This document shows, piece after piece, positions 35,051 to 47,755 of a stretch of 64,000 nucleotides of DNA. The notes beneath the pieces were generated by a model. That model ran no database searches and was not told the origin of the DNA. It was given only the letters and a program-made list of their open reading frames with translations. How positions within the stretch are numbered: position 1 is the first letter of the stretch; every line of letters begins with the position of its first letter. Source of the DNA: Isurus oxyrinchus. Taxonomy: Eukaryota. The stretch is taken from contig JANJGN010000012.1 in NCBI GenBank assembly GCA_026770705.1, forward strand, positions 133,858,001 to 133,922,000, in the 5' to 3' direction. The position numbers were made by a program, and so were the translations under genes.

Positions 35051-35842
35051 GGGGTGAAGTGGGTGGGTGGGGGAGAGGGGTGAAATCGCTCTCCAGTGGT
35101 AAAGGATTAACCCCCCCCCGCCCCAATCCCGCAGTTTTCGGAGACTCTGACAGAACACGAGGCCATTTGGCCCATTCCTGCTGAGTCAGCTCTCTGACCG
35201 GCTGGTTTCATGGATCCCGGTTCTCCCGCTCGGTCTCCCTCGGGCCTGAAAACTTGTCCTTTTGAAGCATTTATTCCACATCACAACAACTTACAGCATT
35301 TCCCCCACCGCCACCCACCCAAGCATTTATTCCACATCACAACAACTTACAGCATTTCCCCCACCACCCCCCCCCCCTCCTCCTCCACTTCTCCAACCCA
35401 CCCCCACCCCCCAAACTCGATTCTCCACCGGCCAAACACACTCCCCCGTGACCCCCAGGGCTGACCTTCCTTCTCAAAGACCCCCCCCACCCGACACAGA
35501 GAGAGAGAGAGAGAGATCCCATCAGGACAACCACACCAGACACTCTCCCAGCCTCAGCCCAGGCTGGACAGGGAGGGGGTCAAACATCCTCGACTGTTAC
35601 CAGGCCCTGGCCTTACATTTCAGCTTCTCTCTGTGGGTCTGGTTAATAGTAAAACCCCTCGGCCTACGACTCATCACCTATTGGTTCTCGGTTAAGTGTC
35701 AGCTTCAACTCATCACCCGTGTCTGTCTGCTCGCTGCCTTGGAGACAACACTGCGCACCGCAGCTCAGCATCTAACACGCTGGCCCGGGGACTGGAGTCA
35801 CGAAAACAGGCCGCTCGACCCCAGCCAACCCCTCTCACTCAC

Positions 35843-35953
35843 CCATGGCCGGCGGGATGCTGCTGTTGGTCACTGTGTGAGCTGAGGGGTCAGTGACAGA
35901 CCCCTGACTGTCCAGCAACGACTGAACAGCCAACACCGTCTGGTTGTCCATTC
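35843..35953 (-). CDS. ZNF341: ZNF341 exon 2
   Basis: ctgacag|GA ATG...ATG G|gtgagt; reads [36 protein letters not shown]; 111 nt; not in the ORF track. Confidence 0.95.
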
Positions 35954-36869
35954 CTGTCAGGAGAGGGAGGAAAAAAAAAAGCAGCGGTCAGAGCTCAACT
36001 CGAAACCTTCACCTCCGGGCAGCCCCTGGGAGGCAGCACTCACCTCAGCCGAAGGGGACGCTGAACGAGAGCCTGAGGGTAAAGTTCGAACAACTTGCAT
36101 TTACGTAGCGCCTTCAATGTCGTCAGAACGTTCCAAGATGCTCCCAAAAAGTAAGGCGGGCATTTTTCCAGCACTGGATGTCTCCGAGCGCTTTACAGCC
36201 AAATGAAGCTTTTTTTTTTGAGGTGTAGTTACTGCTGGAATGTCGGACACACAGCAGCCAATTTGTGCACAGCAAGATCCCACAACCAGCAATGTGACAG
36301 CTTCTGTCTTTTTTTTGCTCTGAGGGATAAATACTGGTCTGGACACTCGGGAGAAGTCCCCCATTCTTCTCCAAAACAGAGCCACAGGATCTTTTACACC
36401 CACCCGGGTAGGAAGACATCTCACCTCCGACAGGGCAGTACCCCCTCAATAACACGTCACAGGGGCAGCACCGAAACAAAACATGGCCACCAGCCAGAAC
36501 AGACCAAAGGTTTGGTCAAAGAGGCGGGTTTTGAGGGGTGTCTTAAAGGAGGAGAAATTTAGGGAGAGGGAATTCCAAAGTTCAGGGCCCTGGCAGCTGA
36601 AGGGAAATCTAATGGTAGTAGGGACTAAAACCAGGGATTCTCACAAGGCTAGAATTGGAGTAGCTTGGAGGGTTGTGGGGCTGCAATAAACAGACCATGC
36701 CCTTGATGGATTCATAACCACGTGTCACCAAATCCACTGGAGTACCAAGTGGGGCCAGAAAACAGCCTCGTTAAGCACATTTTTACCAGGACTACTCAAA
36801 GTCTAACTCACATCATTACACCAAGTCTGATACCCTTAACTCCAATCAGATTACTTCACCACCAGTGAA

Positions 36870-37172
36870 GGGTCTCTACCCAGCACCTTCCAAACTCACG
36901 ACCTTTACCATCTAGAAGGCCAAGGGCAGCAGATACATGGGAACACCACCACCTGTAAGTTCTCCTCCAAGCCACACACCATCCTGACTTGGAAATATAT
37001 CGCCGTTTCTTCACTGTCGCTGGGTAAAAATCCTGGAACTCCCTCCCTAACAGCACTGTGGGTGTACCTACACCACACGGACTGCAGCGGTTCAAGAAGG
37101 CAGCTCACCACCACCTTCTCAAGGGGCAACTAGGGATGGGCAATAAACACTGGCCCAGCCAGCGATGCTGAC
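36870..37172 (+). mobile_element. CR1/L2-group LINE 3' fragment
   Basis: Colinear with 61130-61410. Confidence 0.85.
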
Positions 37173-37935
37173 AAGGATAGAAAAAAATAATAGATTTTGT
37201 AAAGCAAGTGCCCACGGATGGCGATAGTGACCCATCTCCAGCTCCCGGTTTGGCAACGTCTCAACTTTAAAACCCTCATCCTCATTTTCAAATCCCTCCG
37301 AGGCCTCACCCCTCCCACTCATCTCTTCCGGCCGCACAACCCTTCCAAATCTCTGTTCTCCCCTAATTCCGGCCTCTGGCACATCCCTGATTTTCGTTTG
37401 CTCCACCAACACATACCCCTCTACCGACGTTTATTGAAAGGTTACCTGCTCGTTATCACATGGCGGTTTGCGGGATCTTGCTGTGCACAAGTTACCTACC
37501 ACATTTCAACAGTGACCACATTGCTTTTTAAAAAAAAAGTACTTGTCTGTAAACTTTTTGAAGACATCCTGCAATTGCACGAGGTGCCACCTACATAGGA
37601 ACATATGAATGAGGAGCAGGCCATTCAGCCCCTCAAACCTGCTGTACCATTCAATAAGATCAGGGCTGATCTGAATGTAACCTCAACCCCACATTCCTGC
37701 CTACCCCCGAAACACATTGCAAAGGGGCAGGATCCAAACGCAAAACAAATCCCTCTTTATTTTAGAATTCTGTACCTGTCTTGCTCCGCTTTAATTTTAG
37801 AAAAACTATTCAAGGGGATAACAGCAAAACTTTCATACAACTGAACCCATAATCCGAAGGAGCTCAACTCTCACTGTGGCAGTTTGAGAAATTGCCTTTA
37901 TTTTCGCAAATCTTGGTCTTAAAGTGACCACGAAG

Positions 37936-38036
37936 GTCTGAAAAAGGGTCATACGGACTCGAAACGTTAACTCAGTCTCTCTCTCTCCACAGAGGCTGCC
38001 AGACCTGCTGAGTTTTTCCAGCATTTTCTGTTTTTA
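37936..38036 (+). mobile_element. Penelope-like pseudo-LTR (family A) starting at the hammerhead motif
   Basis: ctgaaaaagggtcatacggactcgaaacgttaactc...gctgccagacctgctgag; shorter related copies at 39515-39595 and 58890-58985. Confidence 0.7.
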
Positions 38037-38599
38037 CCGGTGAAGCTGAGGGATTGTTTAAAAAACGACCGGTTCGCCGGTGCCCTTCCAACAACAGCAG
38101 CTGGCATTTACATAGCGCCTTGGAACACGGTAAAGCGCCTCCAAGCTGCTTCTCGGGCGCCTGGCAACCCCACCCCCACCCCTCCTCACCCCTCCTCCAC
38201 TCCCCACCCCTCCTCCACTCCCCACCCCTCCTCCACTCCCCACCCCTCCTCACCCGGTCCGGTCTCCACTCCGGACAGACCCTCTGGTCAGAAGCAGCCG
38301 GACATCCCAACGATCGTCTCCCCCCCCCCCCTCCTCCTCCTCCTCCTCCAAGACAACAAACACCCTCCGCATGTGTCTGTCGCCTCTGTTCGAACCCCCC
38401 CCCACACCACCCACCCCCCACTTTGGTTGCTGTCTGAGTGGCAGGTTGGCATCCCAGTCAATGACTTAACCCATCATCCAGGCCACAAATGCAACGAGAC
38501 CAAAAACTGACACATCCGCTGTATCGATTCTCAGCGACCTGAGTCATTCATTTAATGAAAAATATACATTACACCCACATGTATGTTTCTTTTTTTAAA

Positions 38600-39420
38600 C
38601 ATGCAGCCCTGCCCTGCCCTGCCCTGCCCTGCTTTGCCTTGCATTGCAAGCCTGTGAGTGAGCAGGAGAACTGGGCTCCTGCCTGGTTATTTTTTAAAAA
38701 GCCTCCCTGGCTTTTCCAACAAGCCCTGACCCTCCTGCCATCTCCCTCCAGCTTCCTTTACTCTGGGAGCTGCTGTTCCAGAGCTTCTCCCCCCGGGGGA
38801 AACTGCTCCACTCAGACCTGCAAACACCGCCTCCTCCTCCCCACCACCATTAATGCTAAGAAAGGAATATTTTTTTTTAAAAAAAAAGACCCTTAATACT
38901 GGGAGGGGCGGTGGGTTTTTTTTTTGGGGGGGGGAGAAAAATTAACTACAAAATGCAGAACAATAGTTTCCAGCTGCAGACATTGCAACAAAATAAGGAA
39001 ACAGCACAAGACGCTGCGCTGCAGAGGGGCAGGGGTCCCAGTGCAAAATGCAATGCCTGAGGGTGAAGCACCCCTTCTGGGAAGGTGGGAAATGTTGCAT
39101 TTTATTACCTGCCAACGCCTCGAAAATTGCTTGCGCCATCTTGGAGCTTCTCTGTTGTGTTTGAGGCTGGGACGATGGGAAATGGAAGAAGCTGAAATCC
39201 TCCCTGTCTGCAGAGAGCGGCCTGTCCACCAGAGGGAGCAGCCGACCACAAAAAAAAAATAAATCCTGACTTGCACTGGAGCGGGCCTCCTGCAGGGGGA
39301 GCTCGCAGCCCCCAGTTCCCCCAGCCCACACACCAACTTGTTAAAAATGACTTCTGTCAAAAGACAAGAGAATAATTTCAGATTCTAAAAGTAAAATAAC
39401 ATTCAGGACTTCTTGCCCCA
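38600..39420 (-). promoter_or_regulatory. ZNF341 promoter / exon 1 / start of intron 1 region
   Basis: Repeat-free segment around exon 1; YY1-type AAGATGGCG over the start codon; TGGAACAGC at 38772-38780. The transcription start cannot be placed. Confidence 0.5.
39109..39139 (-). CDS. ZNF341: ZNF341 exon 1 coding part
   Basis: aagATGG Kozak context; MAQAIFEALA G|gtaata; 31 nt, phase 1, joins exon 2 in frame. Confidence 0.93.
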
Positions 39421-40872
39421 TAACAACTCCCTTTGGCCTTGCAGCATGAACCCCGCCCTCATCCCTCTCACGAAACTGTTGCATCTCTTAGTTTTTTCCA
39501 GTTTCTGCTGATCAACCTGAAACATTAACTCTGTCTCTCTCTCCGCAGAGGCTGCCAGACCTGCTGAGTATTTCCAGCATTTTCTGTTCTTATTTGGGGA
39601 TGCCTGCAGTAATTTTCCTTTTGCGACATTTAGAACTCCAGTAGCCCCAACCACACACTAACACCCCATCACCAACACAACCAAACAAGCAGCCAGGACC
39701 CCTTGACCAATCACTCCCTAGCGCTGCAGTTTGATGGGGCAGTGGCAGAGTGGTATTGTCACTGACTAGTATTCCAGAGACCCAGGGTAAAGCTCTGGGG
39801 AGCTGGGTTCAAATCGCATGACAGTGAAATTTGAATTCAATAATTATAAGTCCAATAAGTAAAAACCCATCTGAATTCTGCCATCTTTACCCGGTCTGGC
39901 CTACATGTGACTCCAGACCCATGAAAGGACAATTAGGAATGGGCAATAAATGTTGGCTTAGCCAGTAACACCCACATCCCATGAAAGAATAAAATGCAGC
40001 CCTATCTTTACCATCCCCTCTCCTACAAAGCAATAACTTCATGTGCCATTTAAAGAGAGTAAACACTCATATACACAATTTACACCCCTTACACTAGCAC
40101 AGTAACCCTCCTCCAGTCCTACAACCCTCTGAGGTCTCTGCGTTTCTCCGGCTCTTAAGCTCTTGTCCATCACTGGCAGCTGAACCTTCCACTGCCTCAG
40201 CGCAAAGGTCTGGAACTTCCTCCCTAAACCTCACCTCTTCTCTACCCCTCTCCTGTTTTCAGGTGCCATCCTATAACTCATTTTTCCCGAGTGTTTGGCT
40301 CCCTGTCCTAATATCTCCTTTTTTGTCAGTTAAAGCTCCCATCTCTTGGAACATTTTACTATGTGAAATGCAAGTTGTTTTGTTTGTACACCTAGAATAA
40401 ATGTGGTGCCATGTTTTTCCTACATATTCCTGGAGGTTTCATCATATGACCCCCAACTGTCCCTCCCCCACACTCCCACCGCTGGCTCCAGCTTTAAAAA
40501 CTCCAACTTGTCGGGAACCCTGCTGGATGGATCCTGTTCCACCAGATGGTCTGCTGATCCGACACCTCTCCTCATTGATGCACACTAGTTCCAAGCTCCG
40601 CGGAGCATTAAACTTTGAATCTCGTTGCTTATCTTCAAATATCTTTCCTGGTCCTTCTCCTACTATATCTCTCTTTGAAGGAGAACCCTGCGATTTCCCA
40701 CCCACTCTGGTATTAGCCCACCTTCCTATTCATTTTCCCTCCTTGACGGCGGAACCTTCAGCTGTTTGAGCCTCGCTCCTTGGCAACCCCTCAGTCTCTC
40801 CATCTTCCCGACTGAGTTTTTGGTCAGCTCAGGTAACCTCTCCTTTCCCAGTTCGAGGATAGCTTTCCTTAT

Positions 40873-42144
40873 AAAAACAAAAACCTGCGGATGCTGGAAA
40901 TCCAAAACAAAAACAGAATTACCTGGAAAAACTCAGCAGGTCTGGCAGCATCGGCGGAGAAGAGCAAAGTTGACGTTTCGAGTCCTCATGGCCCTTCAAC
41001 AGAACTAAGTAGAAATAGGAAAGGGGTGAAATATAAGCTGGTTTAAGGAGGGGTGGGGGGGTGGTGGTGGTGGTCTGGTTGTTAGGACAAGCAAGCAGTG
41101 ATAGGAGGAGATAACCAAAAGATGTCACAGACAAAAGAACAAAGAGGTGTTGAAGGTGGTGATATTATCTAAAAGATTGTGCTAATTAAGATTGGAGAGC
41201 AGGACAAGCAAGGTAGCTCTAGCGGGGGTGGGGTGAAATAAACCATGGGCGGAATACATTTAAAAATAATGGAAATAGGTGGGAAAAGAAAAATCTGTAT
41301 AAATTATTGGAAAAAACAAAAGGAAGGGGGAAACAGAAAGGGGGTGGGGATGGAGGAGGGAGTTCAAGATCTAAAGTTGTTGAACTCAATATTCAGTCCG
41401 GAAGGCTGTAAAGTGCCTAGTCGGAAGATGAGGTGCTATTCCTCCAGTTTGCGTTGGGCTTCACTGGAACAATGCAGCCCGCAAGAATGACCCAAACCTC
41501 CCTGTCGCTTGCTATTTTAACTCTCCACCCTGCTCTCTTGCCCACATGTCTGTCCTTGGCCTGCTGCATTGTTCCAGTGAAGCCCAACGCAAACTGGAGG
41601 AACAGCACCTCATCTTCCGACTAGGCACTTTACAGCCTTCCGGACCGAATATTGAATTCATCAACTTTAAATCTTGAACTCCCTCCTCCATCCCCACCCC
41701 CCTTTCTGTTTCTTCCCCCTTCCTTTAGTTTTTTCCAATAATTTATATAGATTTTTCTTTTCCCATCTATTTCCATTATTTTTAAATGTATTCCACCCAT
41801 GGTTTATTTCACCCCACCCCCACTAGAACTACCTTGCTTGTCCTGCTCTCCAATCTTAATTAGCAACTTCTTTTAGATAATATCACCACCTTCAACACCT
41901 CTTTGTTCTTTTGTCTGTGACATCTTTTGGTTATCTCCTCCTATCACTGCTTGCTTGTCCCAACAACTCTTCCCCTCCCCCCACCACCCCCCCCCCCCCC
42001 CCCGCTCCCCTTAAACAAGCTTATATTTCACCCCTTTCCTATTTCTACTTAGTTCTGTTGAAGGGTCATGAGGACTTGAAATGCCAACTTTGTTCTTCTC
42101 CGCCGATGCTGCCAGACCTGCTGAGTTTTTCCAGGTATTTCTGT
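40873..42144. mobile_element. Fold-back Penelope-like element: two inverted ~600-bp 3' ends joined head to head
   Basis: 40913-41478 is the near reverse complement of 41563-42144; both arms encode the GIY-YIG C-terminus (EAQRKLEE.HLIFRLGTLQPSG.NIEF); tttccttat duplicated at 40864-40872 and 42145-42153. Confidence 0.9.
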
Positions 42145-44239
42145 TTTCCTTATGTTCATCCGTGGAGCAGTTTGGGACGTTTCGTTACAGGCTGTATCAA
42201 CAAGTTGTGGCTGTAGTGTTTGACCTTTGCATTACACCGTTCCCGTTGACATGTGGCAGGTCCCTCCTCAGTCTTTTCTCCAGTTGGTGTTCCTGATCTT
42301 TCCGAATAATTTGGGAGATGACACTCAACTAAGGTGGAAAATTGTTGATCATATTTATTGGCAAGAATTAAAATCTTGCGCAAAGCTGCCACAAAGTTAG
42401 ATTAAAAATGTAACATAGTTTGATCTTACAGTGCAGCAGGAGAATATTCAGCCCATCGTACCTGTGCTGTCTTTTTCAAAGAGCTATCCATCTAGTCCAG
42501 TTCCTGAGTCCGCAGTGGTTCCTAGGAACATTGCCAACCCCCACTCAGACCCCTATTGATTACAGACCAGCCTCCCCTCACAGCCTGAGAGCTGCCTCTG
42601 TTTGCATCACCCCTGTCTGCAGTGCACCAGCAATATGCTTATGGGAACCAATTTTGGGTGAGAGTCTGGATTTTGGCTGCTGGTGCTCTGTCCCAGCCCA
42701 CAGCCTGTGTCAGCCACGAAAACAGCTCAAACTGATTCTCTCCCTGATAGTTTGCAAACAACTCAGTGGGCTGCGAATTTCTAGCTTATCTCGGATTTTT
42801 TGAGGAGGAATGTCACACTTATCACTCTTCAATTCTCTGGTTCAAGGTTCCTTTCCATGGAATTTTGGGAAATGATAATCAGATCATCTGCTGTTTCTTC
42901 CCTAACTTCACCCTTCAGATGTTTAATGCCATTTGGCACTAAAAAATAACTTCCATTAACTGTATTGTCTTAGAAGCAGAGAATGGTCACTGTTGTAGGG
43001 TGTTGGATACCATTCAGTAGGTCTTAAAGTCTTCATAGTCTTAAGTAGGTTAACTCTATGTGTTTATTAACTACAAGAACAATGTACATATCTACAGTAA
43101 AGGGTTCAAGCTAAAAGCTATCTCCATGCTTGCTCATACACATGCTCAGTCCTACACTGGACTGTGGGTCATGTGAAGTGTGGGTCATGTGTTCTTTTAC
43201 ATCATTGTGTGGGCGGTACTGTGCTCAGTCCCATGTTAACCCTATATGTACCAGGCCCTTATACTACACTCCACCCCCCCCCCACCCCCAGCCAAGTCTT
43301 TATCCAATGTACTTCAAGTTATTCCAGTTTATGCTGTGTATTTACATCATTATTACTACCCCATCTCCCCACTTCAAGCCTCTGAGTTTGTGGATTCAGG
43401 TGATCTGGGAGCCTTATAACCCTTCCATATCACGACTGTCGGAAGAGTGCTATGCTCTGTCATTGCAGCTAAACTCTGTTGATTTGGAGGTTGTTTGGAA
43501 ATCTGGGTATCTTTTTATTCTCTTTCTCCATCGCTTGGCTTTGAACTACTCTTTGTCAGCTTAGCAACTGTGGTGACGGGTGCCTGGCGTTCCACCCCCG
43601 CTTCTTGCGGGCTGGACAAGGTATTGTGCTCGTTGTTTGTTTCCTCTTCTGCCTTTGTGGTGTGGGTCATCGCGACGCCCTCTGTGACAGGAGCTGGCCA
43701 TTCCTGTAAACAAGGATGTGGTTTTTTTAGTAAGCTCACCTTTGCATTTGGCTGTGTGGTGTGCTATCAGCAAGGGACAGCTGCTACTAGGTACCAGCAT
43801 CGTCTATGGCACTGCCCTGCTGGCCGGGGGTTGGGGGGTGTTGGTTTGCAGTGTTTGCTCTGTGGTCACAGTGTTGACCTCATCCATCTGTGCAATGGTG
43901 TTACAGCCGCTCGAAGGCTGCCAAGGCCACTGACCTTTTAGTGCCATTCTTCAAAGGACTGACCTATGTGTAGTTGCTTAAGGTTGTCCGCGAGTGGAGT
44001 GCTTACCATATTCCACAGCAGCCACCAGTCCCCTAAGCCACTGCACCTTCCAATGACAACGCCATTGTTAAGGTTGAAGTGGCTTGTGGTTTCAGCCGGG
44101 TCATTGTGAGATTTTGTGATATGTTAAAGATGACAAAATGGGTGTCGGATTGTTCCCTGAATCGAATCCTGAAGAGATCTATGCTCATAACAACTTGCTG
44201 TCACCTTATTCCTCCTGGACTCTTGTAGCTACAAGGTTA

Positions 44240-44405
44240 TCACTGGCACATTGCTGCATCTGCCCGTTATCCTCATGTCTGTGAATCCTGGCCCTCTTGA
44301 GGTTCACCCCCCTTCAAATTCCTCCTCATCCGGAGAGATGTCTAACTCTTCCATGTCTCCCTAAGGCAACATATCCCCCCTTTTGCAGCGTTAGGTTGTG
44401 CTGAA
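44240..44405 (-). mobile_element. PIF/Harbinger transposase C-terminal remnant
   Basis: Minus strand gives HNLTLQ..G...DMEELDISPDEEEFEG with frameshifts, resembling the LHN motif and acidic tail of HARBI1-like transposases; degenerate. Confidence 0.4.
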
Positions 44406-45029
44406 TTACCCTATCCCTTGACCAGCGAAGGCACCTGAGTGTCTGTCTTTCACTCATCTCCATGTATGAGCTGCTTCTTCTATAGACCCTTCACCATGCC
44501 AAATGTCTTTGTGGATTTAGCCCCTCATCAGCATCTGGGACTTCCTGGGCCTTTTCTAGCTCTTGTTCCCTGAGCTGTGCTAATTGGCGACAGGACCTTC
44601 TGCTCTTCAGGGATGGTGGTGTAGTGGTTGGTGTTGCTGGACTAGTAATCCCAAGGCCCAGGTCAATGCTGTAGGGACATGGGTTCAAATCCCACCACAG
44701 TGGCTGGCAGAATTTGAGCTCCGTTAAAAACAGAATTGAAAGCTAGTCTTGGTCATGGTGACCACGAAATTGTTTTTAAAGAACCAAGCTGGTTCAGTAA
44801 TGACCTTCAGGGAAGGAAATCTGCTGTCCTTGTCCAATCTACCTGCCCTACATGTGACTCCAGAACCACAGCAATGTGGTTGACTCTGAAAGCAATTAGG
44901 GATGGGCAACAAACGCTGGCAATGCCCACATCCCATAAAGAAATCAAAGCTGTCAGGAAGACAGTGCTCCCTGCATTCTCCACTCTTAGAGGCCCTTCAA
45001 GCCTGCTCTACCATTCATTATGATCATGG

Positions 45030-45675
45030 CTCCTGCTTTCTCCCCATACCCTTTGATCCCTTTCGTCCCAAGAGCTATATCTAACTCCTTCTTGAAAACA
45101 TACAATGTTTTGGTCTCAGCTACTTTCTGTGGTAACGAATTCCACAGGCTCACCACTCCCTGGGTGAAGAAATTTCTCCTCATCTCAGCCCTAAATGGTC
45201 TACCCCATATCCTCAGACTGTGACCCCTGGTTCTGGACTCCCCCACCATCGGGAACATCCTTCCTGCATCTACCCTGTCTAGTCCTGTTAGAATTTTATA
45301 GGTTTCTATGAGATCCCCCCTCATTCTTCTGAACTCCAGCGAATATAATCCTAATCGACTCAATCTCTCCTCATATGTCAATCCCGCCATCCCAGGAATC
45401 AGTTGGGTAAACCTTCCCTGCACTCCCTCTATAGCAAGAACATCCTTCATCAGATAAGGAGACCAAAACTGCATACAATATTCCAGGTGTGGTCTCACCA
45501 AGGCCCTGTAAAAATGCAGCAAGACACCCCTGTTCCTATACTTGAATCCTCTGGCTATGAAGGCCAACATACCATTTGCCTTCTTTATTGCCTGCTGCAC
45601 CTGCATGCTTACCTTCAGCGACTGGTGTACAAAGACACCCAAGTCTTGTTGCACATTCCCCTCTCTCAATTTATA
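45030..45675 (-). mobile_element. CR1 LINE 3' fragment
   Basis: ORF 44986-45714: DLGVFVHQSLK...YRALVRPHLEYCMQFWSP...RMRGDLIETYKI...TRGHSL...RRNFFTQGVVSLWNSLP. Confidence 0.95.
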
Positions 45676-47683
45676 GCCACTCTTCCTTGTATCTGAATGG
45701 ATACAATTGAGCAATCAATGGTAGTTCTGTGGAATGGCCTTTCTCCATATACAAGGCAGGAATGCAGTCTCCAGCCCTTGACTTTCCCTCAGTCTACACA
45801 TTGCATAGCAAGGCCTCCTGTATTATCCCAGAGTATGAGAGACAGCTGAGCTTTCACCTCAGATGTGACTGCGCATTCACAACAAGGGCCTTCATTAGGG
45901 TTAAAAGATCCAAGTCTTAGGAGCCACAGTCAGCCTCATGTTGTTCTTCAGTGACAATAACAATGGATACCCAATCCTTGTGTGCTTATGTCCTGACTGC
46001 AAGCAAGGTGCTAGAATGCCATGACCAGTGCACTGGGAACATGGAGCCTTGTAGAGACTAGGCTGCCTCTGTACAGCAGGCCCTTGACTTTTTGACTCTA
46101 CTTCCATTCTGACATGCCGCTTAAAGATCAGTTAAGACCATATACACCACAGCACCTAGGCTACATGAATTCTTGTCTGAAAATGCACCATTAGAAAAGG
46201 AGCCAAGCTCCTTCTCTGTACATTAGACTCTCGGGTCCAGCACTCAGCTGAGTCTATGCTCTCTAGGGTTTGAGCAGAACAATTATTGGCTGCCCCTTCA
46301 ACCAGCCAAAAATTGCTGTGCTGAACTCCTCCCACACGTCCCAAAGCCCCTCCCCCATCGATTCTTTTCTAGCTTGTTTCTCGAATGGCATTATTGTAAG
46401 TTGAAATGGTGCTGCCAACCTTTGTCTGGAGACTAGCTTCCAACCTCCCCAACCAAGATCCTCTCATCATCCTCCATCTCACTGTATCCTAATTCCCATT
46501 CCTCCTGTCACTATCCAGCCTGTTAAGCTTGACCCCATTGTTATCCAAGTGGATATTCCTGTTCTCCCCTTGAACCCTTTAATGTTGATGGCCCCATGCT
46601 GTGTGTCAACCTGATCCCTCCCCTTCTCGAGATCACATGCACCCTGACTTTTCAGGACTCATCCCCCCACCATGAGACCATCCAATCCCCTTCAGCGATG
46701 ACTCTTCAGCTACCGACATACAGGATCTAGATGCCTCCCTTGAATGTTACTGTGCCCCCTGCCTCACTATACCATGACTCGAACCCCAGGACCAAATGAC
46801 CATCATTGCCCAGACTCAGATGAAGACATGTGTGCCATGCAGAGCCATCTAACATAGCCTGCACAGCCCCAGGACAGACTCTTCAATATGCCCCCGACAG
46901 CATGCCCTCAGCCCCTGGACAGTCCTGACTTTTCCTTGGACAGACTTATAATTCACATCCCAGGACAGTCTTTCATAACTCCAACCCTTAGTCCCTGCTT
47001 AGTCTCTCCCCTCCCTTCCTATGTTCCACCAACCCCCCCTTTCCCCCGACCAGTCCTGCCTCCATCTTCCCCGCCCCTCGCTGGGATTGCCTCCCATGCA
47101 CAGCCTTGGCACAACTTGTCATAGAGACATGCAAAATCTCACAGCAACACTCTTAAAGGTAGGTGAAAGCAGCCTCTACTGACCTTGAAGTTGTTAATGA
47201 AGTGAAGCTCACCAGGTACCCCCCACTTATAAAGGAACATAGGACATAGGAGCAGGAGTAGGCTGTTTGGCCCTTCTAGCCTGCTTCACCATTCAATAAG
47301 ATATGGCTGATCTGTTGTGGTCTCAGCTCCACTTTCCTGTCGGGAAACAGACTGTTCTAATCATCCACTGATGGAGCATTAATTTGGAGGGGGAATGTAA
47401 TTCTGGTGAGTTGACCTTTAATGAGCATTCATGAGATGTTGGTTCCCAACATGGATCAGTAGGAAACGTGACCTGCCTTTAACCTAGCATCAAAGTTGAG
47501 AGATCAAAATTCCAAACTAATTTCCCACTGGCAGGAAACTGGCTTTTTCCATTACATCAAATTTAGTGCCATCACTCACCATGATGCCTGCTGCTGGCAG
47601 AAGTGGAGAATACCACCCACTGTCCTATCAATTACATTGCTAAGGATTGTTAATGTCAATTACATTGCTAAGTTTAAGAGAAC

Positions 47684-47755
47684 CCAGTGTCCCAGCTGTC
47701 CCCTGTTTCTATGTGTTTTTGAACAAATATAAATAGGGGACAGCTGGGACACTGG
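47684..47755. repeat. 72-nt near-perfect inverted repeat (hairpin)
   Basis: ccagtgtcccagctgtcccct pairs perfectly with aggggacagctgggacactgg (21 bp); pairing continues with few mismatches to a very small loop. Confidence 0.9.

Larger units (their letters stand above)
269..39139 (-). other. ZNF341: ZNF341 gene span (start to stop codon); 12 of the expected 15 coding exons visible
   Basis: Exon translations match recalled vertebrate ZNF341 from [24 protein letters not shown] to the C-terminal VPVYIQAS[D/E], in the correct order with compatible splice phases. Confidence 0.97.

Noticed and set aside
33644-35158. 483-504 aa Pro/Ser/His-rich ORFs as the missing proline-rich ZNF341 exon
   Set aside because: Pure minisatellite translation with no ZNF341 motifs or plausible splice sites.
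35268-35362. 41-bp direct repeat (gcatttattccacatcacaacaacttacagcatttccccca, two copies)
   Set aside because: Simple local slippage duplication with no supportable function.
42990-44010. Gypsy-type LTR element remnant
   Set aside because: Some LTR-like and polypurine-like features, but no second LTR, primer site or coding motif could be confirmed by eye.
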